From Candidatus Saccharimonadota bacterium (GTDB lineage Bacteria; Patescibacteriota; Saccharimonadia; Saccharimonadales; JACDBH01): a stretch of DNA of 64,000 nt. Made by a program: the position numbers and the translations under genes. How positions within the stretch are numbered: position 1 is the stretch's first letter; the number at the start of each line of letters is the position of its first letter. The stretch lies in NCBI GenBank assembly GCA_028289135.1, contig JAQGGW010000005.1:139219-203218 (forward strand), read 5' to 3'. Shown in pieces: positions 46,080-56,031 of this stretch. A model generated the notes under the pieces. It saw only the letters and a program-made list of their open reading frames with translations. It was not told the DNA's origin and did no database searches.

Positions 46080-46447
46080 TGATCCAACAAGAATCAAGAC
46101 TCCTCGTTGCCGACAACTCTGGCGCCAAAGAAATTCTTTGCATCCGCGTCCTTGGCGGCACCCGTCGCCGCTACGCGCACGTTGGCGACGTTATCGTCGC
46201 TACCGTTAAACAAGCCAACCCAAGCGGCGGCGTTAAGAAAAAGTCAGTTGTTAAAGCAGTTGTTGTCCGCACCCGTAATGCCATCCGCCGCCCGGATGGT
46301 TCAACAATCCGTTTTGACGACAACGCCGCAGTAATTATTGGCGATGACAGATTGCCAAAAGGCACGCGTATCTTTGGCCCAGTACCCCGCGAACTTCGCG
46401 ACCAGGGTTATGCCAAGATCATCAGCCTTGCGCCGGAGGTCCTATAA
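46079..46447 (+). CDS. rplN: 50S ribosomal protein L14
   Basis: 122 aa, [17 protein letters not shown]... Confidence 0.97.
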   Translation: MIQQESRLLVADNSGAKEILCIRVLGGTRRRYAHVGDVIVATVKQANPSGGVKKKSVVKAVVVRTRNAIRRPDGSTIRFDDNAAVIIGDDRLPKGTRIFGPVPRELRDQGYAKIISLAPEVL

Positions 46448-46794
46448 TGTATAACTTAGAGAAGAAAAAAACTGTGTTTAACATCCGCCTTAAGATTGGC
46501 GACACTGTTGTTGTCCGCAGTGGCAAGTACAAAGGCAAAACCGGCAAGGTTACCGCCACACACCCAAGCCTCAACAAAGTAACCGTCGAAGGCATTAACA
46601 TCGTTAAAAAGCATGTTAAGCCAAACCGTGCGCACCCACAGGGCGACATTGTCGAACTGACAAAGCCAATTTGGGTTAGTAAAGTCGGTATTGTTGAGCC
46701 AACTAGCAAGAAGGCAAGCAAGATAGAGCACAAAATTGACGCTAAAGGTGTTAAAACCCGTGTATTTAAGAGCACCGGCAAGGAGATAAAGTAA
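46447..46794 (+). CDS. rplX: 50S ribosomal protein L24
   Basis: 115 aa. KOW motif IGDTVVVRSGKYKGKTG. Confidence 0.94.
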   Translation: MYNLEKKKTVFNIRLKIGDTVVVRSGKYKGKTGKVTATHPSLNKVTVEGINIVKKHVKPNRAHPQGDIVELTKPIWVSKVGIVEPTSKKASKIEHKIDAKGVKTRVFKSTGKEIK

Positions 46795-47390
46795 TGGCTA
46801 CTGCAACTAAAACCGCTAAACCAGCGAAGCAAGCAACTACAGAAGCCCGCTTGAAGACCCTCTATAACACAGAGTACGCTAAAGAGCTTTTGAAGGACTT
46901 GGGTCTTACCAATGTCCACCAGGTACCAAAGCTTGAGAAAATTACTCTCAACGTTGGCCTTGGCCGTGCTAAGGATGACAAAAAGCTGATTGAGATTGCT
47001 GCTAATACCCTAAAGAAAATTACCGGCCAACAACCTGTTGAAACTGTTGCCAAGCTTTCAATCGCGAGCTTTAAGCTCCGTGAAGGCAACAAAATTGGTC
47101 TAAAGGTTACTCTCCGTGGTGACCGTATGTACGAATTCATGGACCGTTTGATCAACATCGTTTTGCCTCGCTTACGTGACTTCCACGGTGTTAGCGCAAA
47201 AGCGTTTGACCGCCAGGGCAACTACGCGCTTGGCCTGACAGAACAGTCAGTTTTCCCAGAACTAACATTCGAAGAAACTACGACCCCTCACGGATTACAG
47301 GTAATATTTACGATTAAATCAGCAGAACCAGCACATGCACGTGCACTATTAACCAAATTCGGTATGCCATTTGAAAAGGGAGACAGATAA
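46794..47390 (+). CDS. rplE: 50S ribosomal protein L5
   Basis: 198 aa. Conserved L5 blocks (LPRLRDFHG). Confidence 0.96.
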   Translation: MATATKTAKPAKQATTEARLKTLYNTEYAKELLKDLGLTNVHQVPKLEKITLNVGLGRAKDDKKLIEIAANTLKKITGQQPVETVAKLSIASFKLREGNKIGLKVTLRGDRMYEFMDRLINIVLPRLRDFHGVSAKAFDRQGNYALGLTEQSVFPELTFEETTTPHGLQVIFTIKSAEPAHARALLTKFGMPFEKGDR

Positions 47391-47391
47391 T

Positions 47392-47661
47392 ATGGCTAAG
47401 AAATCTAGCATTGTACGCGACGAAAAGCGTAAGAAAATGATCAAGCAGTACGCCGCAAAGCGTGCTGAGCTTAAAGCGCTTGGCGACCTTGACGGCTTGG
47501 CTAAATTGCCTCGCAATAGCAGCCCAACCCGTTGGAAGAACCGCTGCACAGAAACCGGCCGTCCACGTGCCTACATGCGCATGTTTGGTCTGAGCCGTTT
47601 AAGCTTCCGCGAACATGCTGTCAAAGGCGAAATTCCGGGTGTAACGAAAGCGAGCTGGTAA
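47392..47661 (+). CDS. rpsN: 30S ribosomal protein S14 (long, Cys-less form)
   Basis: 89 aa from [18 protein letters not shown] 1 nt after the rplE stop; the ORF-track start 47371 overlaps rplE. Confidence 0.94.
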   Translation: MAKKSSIVRDEKRKKMIKQYAAKRAELKALGDLDGLAKLPRNSSPTRWKNRCTETGRPRAYMRMFGLSRLSFREHAVKGEIPGVTKASW

Positions 47662-47665
47662 TAAT

Positions 47666-48070
47666 ATGAGCATAATCACGACCGATCCAATCGCTGACAT
47701 GCTAACCCGCATACGTAATGCCATTGGTGTACGTAAGCACACCGTTACTATGCCGCACAGCAACCTCAAAGAAGCCGTTGCGAAAGTATTAAAAGACCAG
47801 AACTTTGTTGATGGCTACTCTGTTGATAACGATGCTTCTGGCTACAAAGTCTTGACCGTTAACATCAATAGCGAAGACAGCAACGCCCGTATTACAGAAA
47901 TCGAACGCCTCAGCCGCCCAGGCCGCCGCTGGTATTCATCAAGTGAGGAAATCCCAGTTGTTAAGCGCGGACGCGGCATTGTCGTTGTCAGTACTTCCAA
48001 GGGTCTTATGATTGGCAAAGATGCCAAGCAGCAGCACCTTGGCGGTGAATTAATTTGTAAAGTGTTCTAA
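47666..48070 (+). CDS. rpsH: 30S ribosomal protein S8
   Basis: 134 aa, TDPIADMLTRIRNA... Confidence 0.96.
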   Translation: MSIITTDPIADMLTRIRNAIGVRKHTVTMPHSNLKEAVAKVLKDQNFVDGYSVDNDASGYKVLTVNINSEDSNARITEIERLSRPGRRWYSSSEEIPVVKRGRGIVVVSTSKGLMIGKDAKQQHLGGELICKVF

Positions 48071-48079
48071 GGAGATCAT

Positions 48080-48619
48080 ATGAGTCGTATAGGAAAACAA
48101 CCTATTGCTATCCCATCAGGAGTGACAATCACTGTCGACACCGATCTTATTACCGTTGCCGGTGGTAAAGGAACTTTGAGCCAAGCAACGCTCGAAGGTG
48201 TAACAGTAACTGTAGCTGATGGCGTTGCAACCGTAACAAGAATTAATGACGAGCCAAAAAACCGTGCCAAGCATGGTTTGATGCGCACACTAGTAAACAA
48301 CATGGTCGTTGGTGTAACCACCGGCTTTAGCAAACAGCTAGAAATCAACGGTGTTGGTTACCGCGTTGCCGCCCAAGGCCAGGACCTTAAGCTAAACCTT
48401 GGCTTTTCACACGATGTTATTTTTAAGATTCCTGCAGGCATCCAGACCAAGCTTGAACAAAACGTCATTACCATCAGCGGTATCGACAAACAGCAAGTTG
48501 GCCAGATTGCCGCAGACATCCGCAAGCTTAAGAAGCCAGAGCCATATAAGGGCAAAGGCATTAAGTACGTCGGCGAACGTATTATCCGCAAGTCCGGTAA
48601 GTCAGGTAAGGAAAAATAA
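48080..48619 (+). CDS. rplF: 50S ribosomal protein L6
   Basis: 179 aa, MSRIGKQPI... Confidence 0.96.
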   Translation: MSRIGKQPIAIPSGVTITVDTDLITVAGGKGTLSQATLEGVTVTVADGVATVTRINDEPKNRAKHGLMRTLVNNMVVGVTTGFSKQLEINGVGYRVAAQGQDLKLNLGFSHDVIFKIPAGIQTKLEQNVITISGIDKQQVGQIAADIRKLKKPEPYKGKGIKYVGERIIRKSGKSGKEK

Positions 48620-48975
48620 TGAATAATTTAGCCAAAAAACTACACACCCGCACTCAACGCAAAAACCGTATCCGTTCAACCGTTACCGGTACGACCGAAC
48701 GCCCGCGTCTTAGCGTTTTTGTCAGCAACCTGAACATTACCGCCCAGATTATCGACGACAGCAAGCAAGTAACACTTGTTGCCATCACTACCGTTGGTGA
48801 AAAATCTGTTAAGGGAACAATGACCGAAAAAGCTGCTTGGGCAGGAACCGAAATTGCTAAAAAAGCCAAAACCGCAAAAGTTACGAAAGTAGTTTTTGAC
48901 CGCGGTGGCCGGCAGTATCATGGACGCGTTAAAGCACTTGCGGAAGCCGCACGTGCAGGAGGATTGGAATTCTAA
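48619..48975 (+). CDS. rplR: 50S ribosomal protein L18
   Basis: 118 aa. VFDRGGRQYHGRVKALAEAAR motif. Confidence 0.95.
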   Translation: MNNLAKKLHTRTQRKNRIRSTVTGTTERPRLSVFVSNLNITAQIIDDSKQVTLVAITTVGEKSVKGTMTEKAAWAGTEIAKKAKTAKVTKVVFDRGGRQYHGRVKALAEAARAGGLEF

Positions 48976-49556
48976 TGAACCCATCAAGAAACAATGACCG
49001 CAGACGTCCGCAAGAACCAATGGAAGAAAAGCAGTTTGACGAGCGCATTATCCACGTCAACCGTGTCGCACGTGTTGTTAAGGGTGGCCGCCGTTTCCGT
49101 TTCCAGGCACTCGTTGTCGTTGGAGACCGCAAGCACAAAGTTGGAATTGGCGTAGCTAAAGGCGCGGATGTTACCGCTGCCGTTACAAAAGCCACTGACG
49201 TTGCTAAAAAGCACATGATGACTGTAAACCTTTACAAAGGCACTGTCCCGCACGAAGCCCTCGGCCGCGTTGGCGGCGCCAAGATTTTGATCAAGCCAGC
49301 AAGCGCTGGTACCGGTCTGATCGCTGGCGGTGTCGTCCGTACAATTTTGGAAGTTGCCGGTGTTAGCAACGTGCTTAGTAAATCACTCGGTTCAACCAAC
49401 AAAATTAACACTGCCTACGCTGTTTTAAATGCCCTTGAGCAGCAAGTACCAAGCAAGAACTGGGTCACAACCCGTCTGGCTGGCAAAGACGACGCGGCCA
49501 AGAAAATTGCTGCAAAAGCTAAGCCTGCAGCAGAAGCTGTAGCGGAGGCTAAATAA
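48975..49556 (+). CDS. rpsE: 30S ribosomal protein S5 (extended at both ends)
   Basis: 193 aa. VNRVARVVKGGRRFRF core. Confidence 0.95.
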   Translation: MNPSRNNDRRRPQEPMEEKQFDERIIHVNRVARVVKGGRRFRFQALVVVGDRKHKVGIGVAKGADVTAAVTKATDVAKKHMMTVNLYKGTVPHEALGRVGGAKILIKPASAGTGLIAGGVVRTILEVAGVSNVLSKSLGSTNKINTAYAVLNALEQQVPSKNWVTTRLAGKDDAAKKIAAKAKPAAEAVAEAK

Positions 49557-50036
49557 ATGAAATTTCACGAACTTACAACTACCACCAAATCCGGCAAAGG
49601 CAAAAGCCGTGTCGGACGCGGTATTGCTGCCGGACAAGGTAAAACTGCCGGGCGCGGTACCAAAGGCTACGGCTCCCGTACAGGTTCGACCCGCAAGCCA
49701 GGTTTTGAAGGCGGCCAGAACCCGCTTATGCAGCGCCTGCCAAAACTCCGCGGTTTTAAGAGCAAGCACATTAAGCCAGAACTCGTAACGCTCGCTGACC
49801 TTGCGAAAATCAAAGGTACTGTCGACAACTTTAGCGCCTTTGAAGCTGGTCTTGTTTCCAGCCCGCACGTCATGACAAAGCTCATCAGCAACGGCAAAGT
49901 TACTGCCAAGCATGTTGTTAAATTGCAGTTGGCTACCAAGTCCGCAATCGAGGCCGTAACAGCGGCTGGCGGCACCTTTACGCCGACCATCCAGGTTGCC
50001 CGGGTTGCTAAAAATACCGAGAAGACACAGGCTTAG
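49557..50036 (+). CDS. rplO: 50S ribosomal protein L15
   Basis: 159 aa. Starts the base after the rpsE stop, so there is no room for an L30 gene. Confidence 0.95.
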   Translation: MKFHELTTTTKSGKGKSRVGRGIAAGQGKTAGRGTKGYGSRTGSTRKPGFEGGQNPLMQRLPKLRGFKSKHIKPELVTLADLAKIKGTVDNFSAFEAGLVSSPHVMTKLISNGKVTAKHVVKLQLATKSAIEAVTAAGGTFTPTIQVARVAKNTEKTQA

Positions 50037-50100
50037 TCTGGCATTAGTTGCCAAAATACGTTTAAATACTAGAGAGTAAAAAATAAAGGGGTCTATTTCC

Positions 50101-51594
50101 GTGAACTGGAAGACGATAAGTTTGTCGTTAAAAAGCTCAGATATGCGCAAACGCATTTTTGCGGTCTTAGGCATGCTTTTAGTTTTCCGCTTTTTAGCGC
50201 ACGTTCCTATCCCGCTCAGTAACCCCGAAACCCTTAAGCAGATTATCCAGAACGCTTTTAACTCTGCCCAGTCTTCGTCACTAGTCAGCTTTATTAATGT
50301 TCTATCTGGCGGTGCCTTGGCTAACTTTTCTATCATGTTGGTTGGTATGGGGCCGTACATCAACGCCTCTATCATTATCCAGCTGCTTACCCGCGCTATT
50401 CCGAAGCTTGAAGCCCTCAACAAAGAAGGCGAATTTGGCCGCAAGAAGCTGAATCAATATACCCGTATGATAGCCTTTCCGCTGGCTCTTATTCAGTCGG
50501 TTGGTATGATCTACCTCGTCCGTCAGGTTGCCAGCAGCTACTCTGGCCTTGGTGATATTACTGCCGGGGCAACGCTTTCACAGTGGGTGTTAATGGTCGC
50601 TGCCCTCACCGGTGGCTCGATGATTCTTATGTGGCTCGGTGAGCTTATTACCGAACAGAGCGTTGGAAACGGGATTAGCTTGGTTATTACTGTTGGTATC
50701 GTTAGTGGACTGCCGCGCACCATCAGCAGCATTGTTGGTAGCGTTTATGACGGTGCGCACAAGTGGCACATCCTGGGCGTTAATATGCCTTTTAACCGTA
50801 CAGCCTTTTATTATGCCGGTATCCTGGTTTTGTCGATTGTGACGGTGACCTGGCTGGTGGTTAAGATCAACGAGGCGGCGCGAAACGTCACTGTCAACTA
50901 TGCCAAACGCGTACAGGGTTCACGGGCTTATGGCGGCGTGACTACTATCTTGCCGATTAAGCTGATTGCTGCCGGCGTTATCCCGATTATCTTTGCCGTG
51001 GCGTTTTTGAGCGTGCCGAGCTACGTTGGCCAGATCCTGAGCTCTTCGACAACCGTTAAGTACCAGCAGCTGGGGACTCATCTTGTCAGCTGGTTCCAGA
51101 ACCCAAGCTCCACAACCTTCGCGGCTGGTGGCTTTACCCCGTATATTTATCCAATTGTCTATTTTGTCTTGGTTGTTGTGTTTACGTTCTTTTACACCAG
51201 CGTCACATTCAATGCCAAGGAAATTGCCGAAAACCTCCAGCAACAGGGTGGCTTCATTGGCGAAGTCCGTGCTGGCAAACAGACGGAAAAGTACTTGAGC
51301 AAGGTCGTTAACCGCCTAACACTTTTTGGTTCGTTCTCACTCGGTCTCTTAGCCTTGCTACCAATCCTAGCCCAAGCGTTCTTGAAAGTTAACATTGCCA
51401 TTGGCGGTACCAGCATCTTGATCCTTGTATCTGTAGCCCTTGAGACACTCCGTGCGGTTGAGTCACGTGCATTGATGGTAACTTATGACCAATACTCTGA
51501 GCCAGGCTACTTTGGCGGTGAAAATGAAGAACCAACCAACAACAAAAAACGCCTCTTCAGACGCTCCAAAAAAGCCAAAACTGTAACAGAGTAA
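50101..51594 (+). CDS. secY: preprotein translocase subunit SecY
   Basis: 497 aa, GTG start. Ten-TM SecY pattern (GMGPYINASIIIQLL). Basic C-terminal tail. Confidence 0.95.
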   Translation: MNWKTISLSLKSSDMRKRIFAVLGMLLVFRFLAHVPIPLSNPETLKQIIQNAFNSAQSSSLVSFINVLSGGALANFSIMLVGMGPYINASIIIQLLTRAIPKLEALNKEGEFGRKKLNQYTRMIAFPLALIQSVGMIYLVRQVASSYSGLGDITAGATLSQWVLMVAALTGGSMILMWLGELITEQSVGNGISLVITVGIVSGLPRTISSIVGSVYDGAHKWHILGVNMPFNRTAFYYAGILVLSIVTVTWLVVKINEAARNVTVNYAKRVQGSRAYGGVTTILPIKLIAAGVIPIIFAVAFLSVPSYVGQILSSSTTVKYQQLGTHLVSWFQNPSSTTFAAGGFTPYIYPIVYFVLVVVFTFFYTSVTFNAKEIAENLQQQGGFIGEVRAGKQTEKYLSKVVNRLTLFGSFSLGLLALLPILAQAFLKVNIAIGGTSILILVSVALETLRAVESRALMVTYDQYSEPGYFGGENEEPTNNKKRLFRRSKKAKTVTE

Positions 51595-51600
51595 TTACCC

Positions 51601-51629
51601 TTTACATTAGTGCCCAGATTTGGTACACT
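51601..51629 (+). promoter_or_regulatory. promoter TTTACA-N17-TACACT (extended TG) of infA
   Basis: CCCTTTACA block. -35 at 51601-51606, TGG at 51621-51623, -10 at 51624-51629. Confidence 0.55.
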
Positions 51630-51643
51630 GAGTGTTGATATTT

Positions 51644-51865
51644 ATGGCCAAGAACAAGGAAGTCATCGAACTAGCCGGTACCATCACCGAGACACTACCG
51701 GGCACCCAGTTCCGTGTTGAACTCGAGAATGGCCATCAAATCATTGCACACGTTGCAGGTAAGATGCGAAAGCACTTTATCCGTATCGTGCCAGGAGACA
51801 GCGTGACGGTAGAATTGACACCTTACGATCTCACCAAAGGTCGTATAACCTACCGCAAATCTTAG
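51644..51865 (+). CDS. infA: translation initiation factor IF-1
   Basis: 73 aa from [16 protein letters not shown]... S1-like fold pattern. Confidence 0.95.
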   Translation: MAKNKEVIELAGTITETLPGTQFRVELENGHQIIAHVAGKMRKHFIRIVPGDSVTVELTPYDLTKGRITYRKS

Positions 51866-51869
51866 CTTT

Positions 51870-51978
51870 CGTAGCTTGCACATTTCAGGCCAAAATCTGC
51901 GTCAAAAAGTCTCAATGTACTTCTTTGTACATCTCAACTTTTGTGCTCGATTATGACTCTGAACTGCGCTAAGCTACG
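51870..51978. repeat. 109-nt whole-spacer imperfect palindrome (copy B) directly after infA
   Basis: 8-bp outer helix CGTAGCTT (51870-51877) / AAGCTACG (51971-51978). Apex ATGTAC-TTCTTT-GTACAT with A-/T-run flanks. Aligns with copy A over ~150 nt (CATTTCAGGCCAAAATCTGCG vs CATTGCAGGCTAAAACCTGCG, and so on). Confidence 0.7.
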
Positions 51979-52120
51979 CAACCTAAGATGGTTGCACGAC
52001 AGAAACTTTACAAGAAAAGACATAGCAAGGTCCTAAAAGACCAGAGATGTAGTTTCTTGCAAAGAGTCTAATTATTAATAACTAACGCAGTGTGTCACCC
52101 CTTTGAAAGGAGCGATCCGT

Positions 52121-52237
52121 ATGAAAGTACGTGCGAGTATCAAAAAAATGAGCCCAGACGACAAAATCGTCAAGCGAAAAGGACGTTTATACGTCATCAA
52201 TAAGTTCAAACCTAAGCACAAGCAAAGGCAAGGTTAA
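52121..52237 (+). CDS. rpmJ: 50S ribosomal protein L36 (Cys-less form)
   Basis: 38 aa, [38 protein letters not shown]. Below the ORF-track cutoff. SD AAGGAG upstream. Confidence 0.9.
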   Translation: MKVRASIKKMSPDDKIVKRKGRLYVINKFKPKHKQRQG

Positions 52238-52240
52238 TTT

Positions 52241-52627
52241 ATGGCACGTATTGCTGGTGTTACTATTCCATCCGAAAAGCAGATTGGTATTGCTTTAACC
52301 TACGTCTACGGCATTGGACCAAAGACAAGCGAGCTCGTTATCGCCAAGGCTAAAGTTGACCCGACTGTCCGTGTAAAAAACCTAACCGACGACGAACTCG
52401 GCCGCATTACAGAAGTAATTGCCGCTGATTACACCGTTGAGGGTGAATTACAGCGCATTGTTGTCGCAAACATTAAGCGTTTGAAAGATATCAAATCATA
52501 CCGTGGCCTGCGCCATACGGCCAACTTGCCATCACGTGGCCAGCGAACCCGTACCAATGCGCGTACCCGCCGTGGTAAGAAAATCACTGTTGGTGGTACA
52601 GCGAAGAAAGTAGCAGCGAAGACTTAA
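52241..52627 (+). CDS. rpsM: 30S ribosomal protein S13
   Basis: 128 aa, [10 protein letters not shown]... Confidence 0.96.
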   Translation: MARIAGVTIPSEKQIGIALTYVYGIGPKTSELVIAKAKVDPTVRVKNLTDDELGRITEVIAADYTVEGELQRIVVANIKRLKDIKSYRGLRHTANLPSRGQRTRTNARTRRGKKITVGGTAKKVAAKT

Positions 52628-52631
52628 TATT

Positions 52632-53087
52632 ATGGCTGAAGATACAACTACAACAACACCAGAAGAAGTCGTTACGACTACCGAGCAGGCAGAAGCTCCA
52701 GTTGCTGCCGCTCCAAAGCGTAAGAAGATCAAGCGTGCGGTCCCAGTGGGCCAAGTGCACATTCTTGCAACATTTAATAACACGATCATTACTGTTACTG
52801 ACCTAAACGGCGGCGCATTAACATTTTCTAGCGCTGGTGCCTGCGGTTTCCGCGGTTCCAAAAAAGGTACAGCATACGCAGCCCAGGTTGCAGCAGAAAA
52901 AGCCCTTGGTGAAGCAAAGCAGAACCACGGTGTCGCTAAAGCTGATGTATATGTCAAAGGCATCGGCCTTGGACGCGAAGCTGCAATCCGCGCTATGCAG
53001 ACTGCCGGCATTGCATTAGACGGTATCCATGACGTAACAGGCGTGCCGCACGGCGGCGTCCGCCCAAAGAAAGCACGGAGGGTCTAA
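52632..53087 (+). CDS. rpsK: 30S ribosomal protein S11 (Thr/Ala-rich N-terminal extension)
   Basis: 151 aa. Core HILATFNNTIITVTD... Confidence 0.95.
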   Translation: MAEDTTTTTPEEVVTTTEQAEAPVAAAPKRKKIKRAVPVGQVHILATFNNTIITVTDLNGGALTFSSAGACGFRGSKKGTAYAAQVAAEKALGEAKQNHGVAKADVYVKGIGLGREAAIRAMQTAGIALDGIHDVTGVPHGGVRPKKARRV

Positions 53088-53090
53088 ACT

Positions 53091-53705
53091 ATGAGCAAAC
53101 CATCTATCGTTAAACAATCCCGCCGTGAAGGCTACGCGCTGCATCCTAAAGCTGCAAAAGCTATGGTTAAGCGCAGTACGCTTCCTGGTATGCAGGGCGG
53201 CCGCAACCAACGCAACAAAGCTAGCCAGTATTCACTGCAGCTCCGCGAAAAGCAAAAGGTTAAAAGACTTTACGGTCTGTTGGAAAAGCAATTTTCTAAC
53301 CTTATGGCTGAAGCAAACCGCGGCAAAGGCCAATCTGGCCAGACACTGCTCCGTTTGCTAGAACAACGCATGGACAATGCTGTTTACCGTGCCGGTTTTG
53401 CACCGTCACGTCCAGCTGCGCGCCAGCTTGTAACCCATGGCCACTTTATGTTGAACGGCCGCCGTGTTGACATTCCTTCTATCCGCCTAAAAGCCGGAGA
53501 CGAAATTACAGCCCGTCCGCACAGCGCCAGTAACAACTACTTCCAGAAAATTGACGAAGTCAGCCCAGAAGTTCCAGACATCAGCCTCAGCTGGTTAAAG
53601 GTCAACCGCAAAAAGTTGTCTATTACCGTTACTGGGTTACCAACCCGAGAAGAAGCCGAACCTGAGATCAAAGAGCAATTAATCGTAGAATATTACTCAC
53701 GCTAG
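53091..53705 (+). CDS. rpsD: 30S ribosomal protein S4
   Basis: 204 aa. S4 domain ARQLVTHGHFMLNGRRVDIPS. Confidence 0.95.
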   Translation: MSKPSIVKQSRREGYALHPKAAKAMVKRSTLPGMQGGRNQRNKASQYSLQLREKQKVKRLYGLLEKQFSNLMAEANRGKGQSGQTLLRLLEQRMDNAVYRAGFAPSRPAARQLVTHGHFMLNGRRVDIPSIRLKAGDEITARPHSASNNYFQKIDEVSPEVPDISLSWLKVNRKKLSITVTGLPTREEAEPEIKEQLIVEYYSR

Positions 53706-53723
53706 GGAGGCGGGAAATACATT

Positions 53724-54662
53724 ATGTCAAAGCAAATTCACACACCAACATTGAGCCGCATCGACGATCACAGTGCAACCAGCACAACTTTCGTTATCGA
53801 GCCACTACACACCGGTTACGGTATGACACTAGGTAACTCGCTTCGCCGCGTTTTGCTCAGCAGCATCTCCGGTGCCGCAATCACCGCCTTCAAGATCGAA
53901 GGCGCAACTCACGAGTTCACCACTGTTAAGGGCGTCAAAGAAGACGTAGTTGACATTATGTTGAATCTTAAAAGCATCCGTTTCCGTGTTTACAGCCAAG
54001 AACCGCAAACACTTCGTATTGTTAAAAAAGGCAAGGGAACGGTTACAGCCAAGGATATCCAGGTTAACGCCGATGTCGAAATAGTAAACCCAACCCAAGT
54101 CATCGCGACTATTGACGACGACAAAGCAACTTTTACCATGGATCTAGTTATCGAAACAGGCCGAGGTTACCGTTCAATCGACGAAAGCGCCACCAAGAAG
54201 GCCAGCGACATGATTGCACTTGATGCAATCTTTAGCCCAGTCCTCCGCGTTCGCTACAAAGTTGAAAACACCCGCGTTGGCCAGGCAACTGACCTCGACA
54301 AGCTACTTTTGACCGTTGATACCGACGCTTCAATCACTCCGCGTGATGCTTTTGAAGAAGCCAGCGCTATTTTGGTTAACCAGTACACCGCGCTTGCCGG
54401 CCAGACCCGCGTTGAAGCTCCAGCCCCACTTATCGACAGCGCCACCAAAGCCGCTGACGAAGGTGACGAAGCTCCAGCACTCATGACCCCAATCGAAGAC
54501 CTTAACCTTAGTGCCCGCACAACTAATGCCCTCATCAATAACGAAATCCACACCCTAAAAGACTTGTTCTCTCTTGGTGACGCCGAGCTCCGCGACCTCA
54601 AAGGTTTTGGCAGCAAAGCTTTGGACGAAGTTAAAGAGAAGATGGCGGAGTTGGAGCTTTAG
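53724..54662 (+). CDS. rpoA: DNA-directed RNA polymerase subunit alpha
   Basis: 312 aa. NTD plus CTD (LSARTTNALINNEIHTLKDL). Confidence 0.96.
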   Translation: MSKQIHTPTLSRIDDHSATSTTFVIEPLHTGYGMTLGNSLRRVLLSSISGAAITAFKIEGATHEFTTVKGVKEDVVDIMLNLKSIRFRVYSQEPQTLRIVKKGKGTVTAKDIQVNADVEIVNPTQVIATIDDDKATFTMDLVIETGRGYRSIDESATKKASDMIALDAIFSPVLRVRYKVENTRVGQATDLDKLLLTVDTDASITPRDAFEEASAILVNQYTALAGQTRVEAPAPLIDSATKAADEGDEAPALMTPIEDLNLSARTTNALINNEIHTLKDLFSLGDAELRDLKGFGSKALDEVKEKMAELEL

Positions 54663-54664
54663 TC

Positions 54665-55120
54665 ATGCACCGTCACGGATATAAAGGCCGCAAATTCGGC
54701 CGCGAGAACGACCAGCGCACAGCCCTCATTAAGGGCCTTGCCACATCGCTCGTTGAACATGGCAGCATCGAAACTACTTTGCCAAAAGCAAAGACCTTGC
54801 TTCCATACACCGAAAAGCTCATTACCAAGGCAAAAAAGGGCGATTTACACAACCGCCGTATGATTGTTAGCTCACTTAACACCCTTGCTACCGCCCACAA
54901 GCTAGTAGACGAGATCGCTCCAAAGCTCACCGGCCGCGTTAGCGGACACCTTCGTATTGTCAAAACTGGCCTACGCCGCGGCGACAACACCCAGATGGCA
55001 CGGATCAGTTTTGTTGATGACCTTTCTGCAGCACCTGTCGCAAAAGCCGCAGCTGCTGTTGCTAAGCCGAGCGTTAAACCTGCTGTCAAAAAGCCGGTTG
55101 CCGCAAAGGAGACAAAATAA
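54665..55120 (+). CDS. rplQ: 50S ribosomal protein L17 (A/K/P-rich tail)
   Basis: 151 aa, MHRHGYKGRKFGR... Confidence 0.95.
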   Translation: MHRHGYKGRKFGRENDQRTALIKGLATSLVEHGSIETTLPKAKTLLPYTEKLITKAKKGDLHNRRMIVSSLNTLATAHKLVDEIAPKLTGRVSGHLRIVKTGLRRGDNTQMARISFVDDLSAAPVAKAAAAVAKPSVKPAVKKPVAAKETK

Positions 55121-55584
55121 TGCAAACTACTTATTCTGCTAAGCCTGCGGACGTCACCCGCAAATGGTACGTTGTTGACGCTTCAGAAGCACCACTTGGC
55201 CGCGTTGCTACCCAAATTGCAACATTGCTAACTGGCAAAGGCAAGCCACAGTTTACCAAGCACATCGACTGCGGCGACTTCGTCGTAGTTATCAATGCTG
55301 GCCAAACAGTTGTTACCGGCCAAAAGAACGATGACAAAATGTACTACCACCATAGCCACTACCCAGGCGGATTAAAAGAACTTACTTTCAAAGAAGTTAT
55401 GGTTAAAGATCCTACCAAGGCTCTTACCCTTGCTGTCCGCGGTATGCTGCCTGTTAACAAGCTACGCCCAGAGCGCTTACAGCGCCTTAAGGTCTATGCC
55501 GGTGCCGAACACAACCACGCCGCCCAGCAGCCAGTTGCTGTTAGCGTTGCTAGCAAAAAGACTGTTCAGAAAGGAACTAAGTAA
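55120..55584 (+). CDS. rplM: 50S ribosomal protein L13
   Basis: 154 aa, RKWYVVDASEAPLGR... Confidence 0.95.
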   Translation: MQTTYSAKPADVTRKWYVVDASEAPLGRVATQIATLLTGKGKPQFTKHIDCGDFVVVINAGQTVVTGQKNDDKMYYHHSHYPGGLKELTFKEVMVKDPTKALTLAVRGMLPVNKLRPERLQRLKVYAGAEHNHAAQQPVAVSVASKKTVQKGTK

Positions 55585-55586
55585 TT

Positions 55587-55982
55587 ATGGCTAAAGATAC
55601 CTATTTTTACGCCCTCGGCCGCCGCAAGCGCGCGACTGCCCGTGTCCGCCTTCAGAGCGGTAAAGGCAACATTACCATCAATAAGAAAACTGCTGCTGAA
55701 TATTTTAGCGACAGCGAATACTTGCTGAACGAACTCAAGCTGCCTTTTGCAGTTATCGAAAAAGATACTTTTGACGTTAGCGTCGTTGTCTCTGGTGGCG
55801 GCATGGCCGGCCAGGTTGATGCAATCCGCCTTGGCATTGCCAAGACACTTGCGCTCATGAACGAAGATCTTAAAGGCACACTTAAGCGTGCCGAGCTTCT
55901 TGGCCGCGATCCACGCGAAAAAGAACGCAAGAAGTACGGTCTTAAAAAAGCAAGAAAGCAAAGACAATTTACGAAACGCTAG
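55587..55982 (+). CDS. rpsI: 30S ribosomal protein S9
   Basis: 131 aa, GRRKRATARVRL..., C-terminal KQRQFTKR. Confidence 0.95.
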   Translation: MAKDTYFYALGRRKRATARVRLQSGKGNITINKKTAAEYFSDSEYLLNELKLPFAVIEKDTFDVSVVVSGGGMAGQVDAIRLGIAKTLALMNEDLKGTLKRAELLGRDPREKERKKYGLKKARKQRQFTKR

Positions 55983-56000
55983 TTTTGTAAGGTTTTATGT

Positions 56001-56029
56001 AAAGAGGCTCCAACCGGAGCCTCTTTTTT
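56001..56029. terminator. bidirectional intrinsic terminator between rpsI (+) and the AlaX-like gene (-)
   Basis: AGAGGCTCC-AACC-GGAGCCTCT, 9-bp stem with A-run and T-run flanks. Confidence 0.85.
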
Positions 56030-56031
56030 GT

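Noticed and set aside
49425-50444. 339-aa minus-strand ORF spanning rpsE/rplO/secY
   Set aside because: It is antisense to three strongly conserved genes, its product is low-complexity, and it has no SD. It is a typical shadow ORF.
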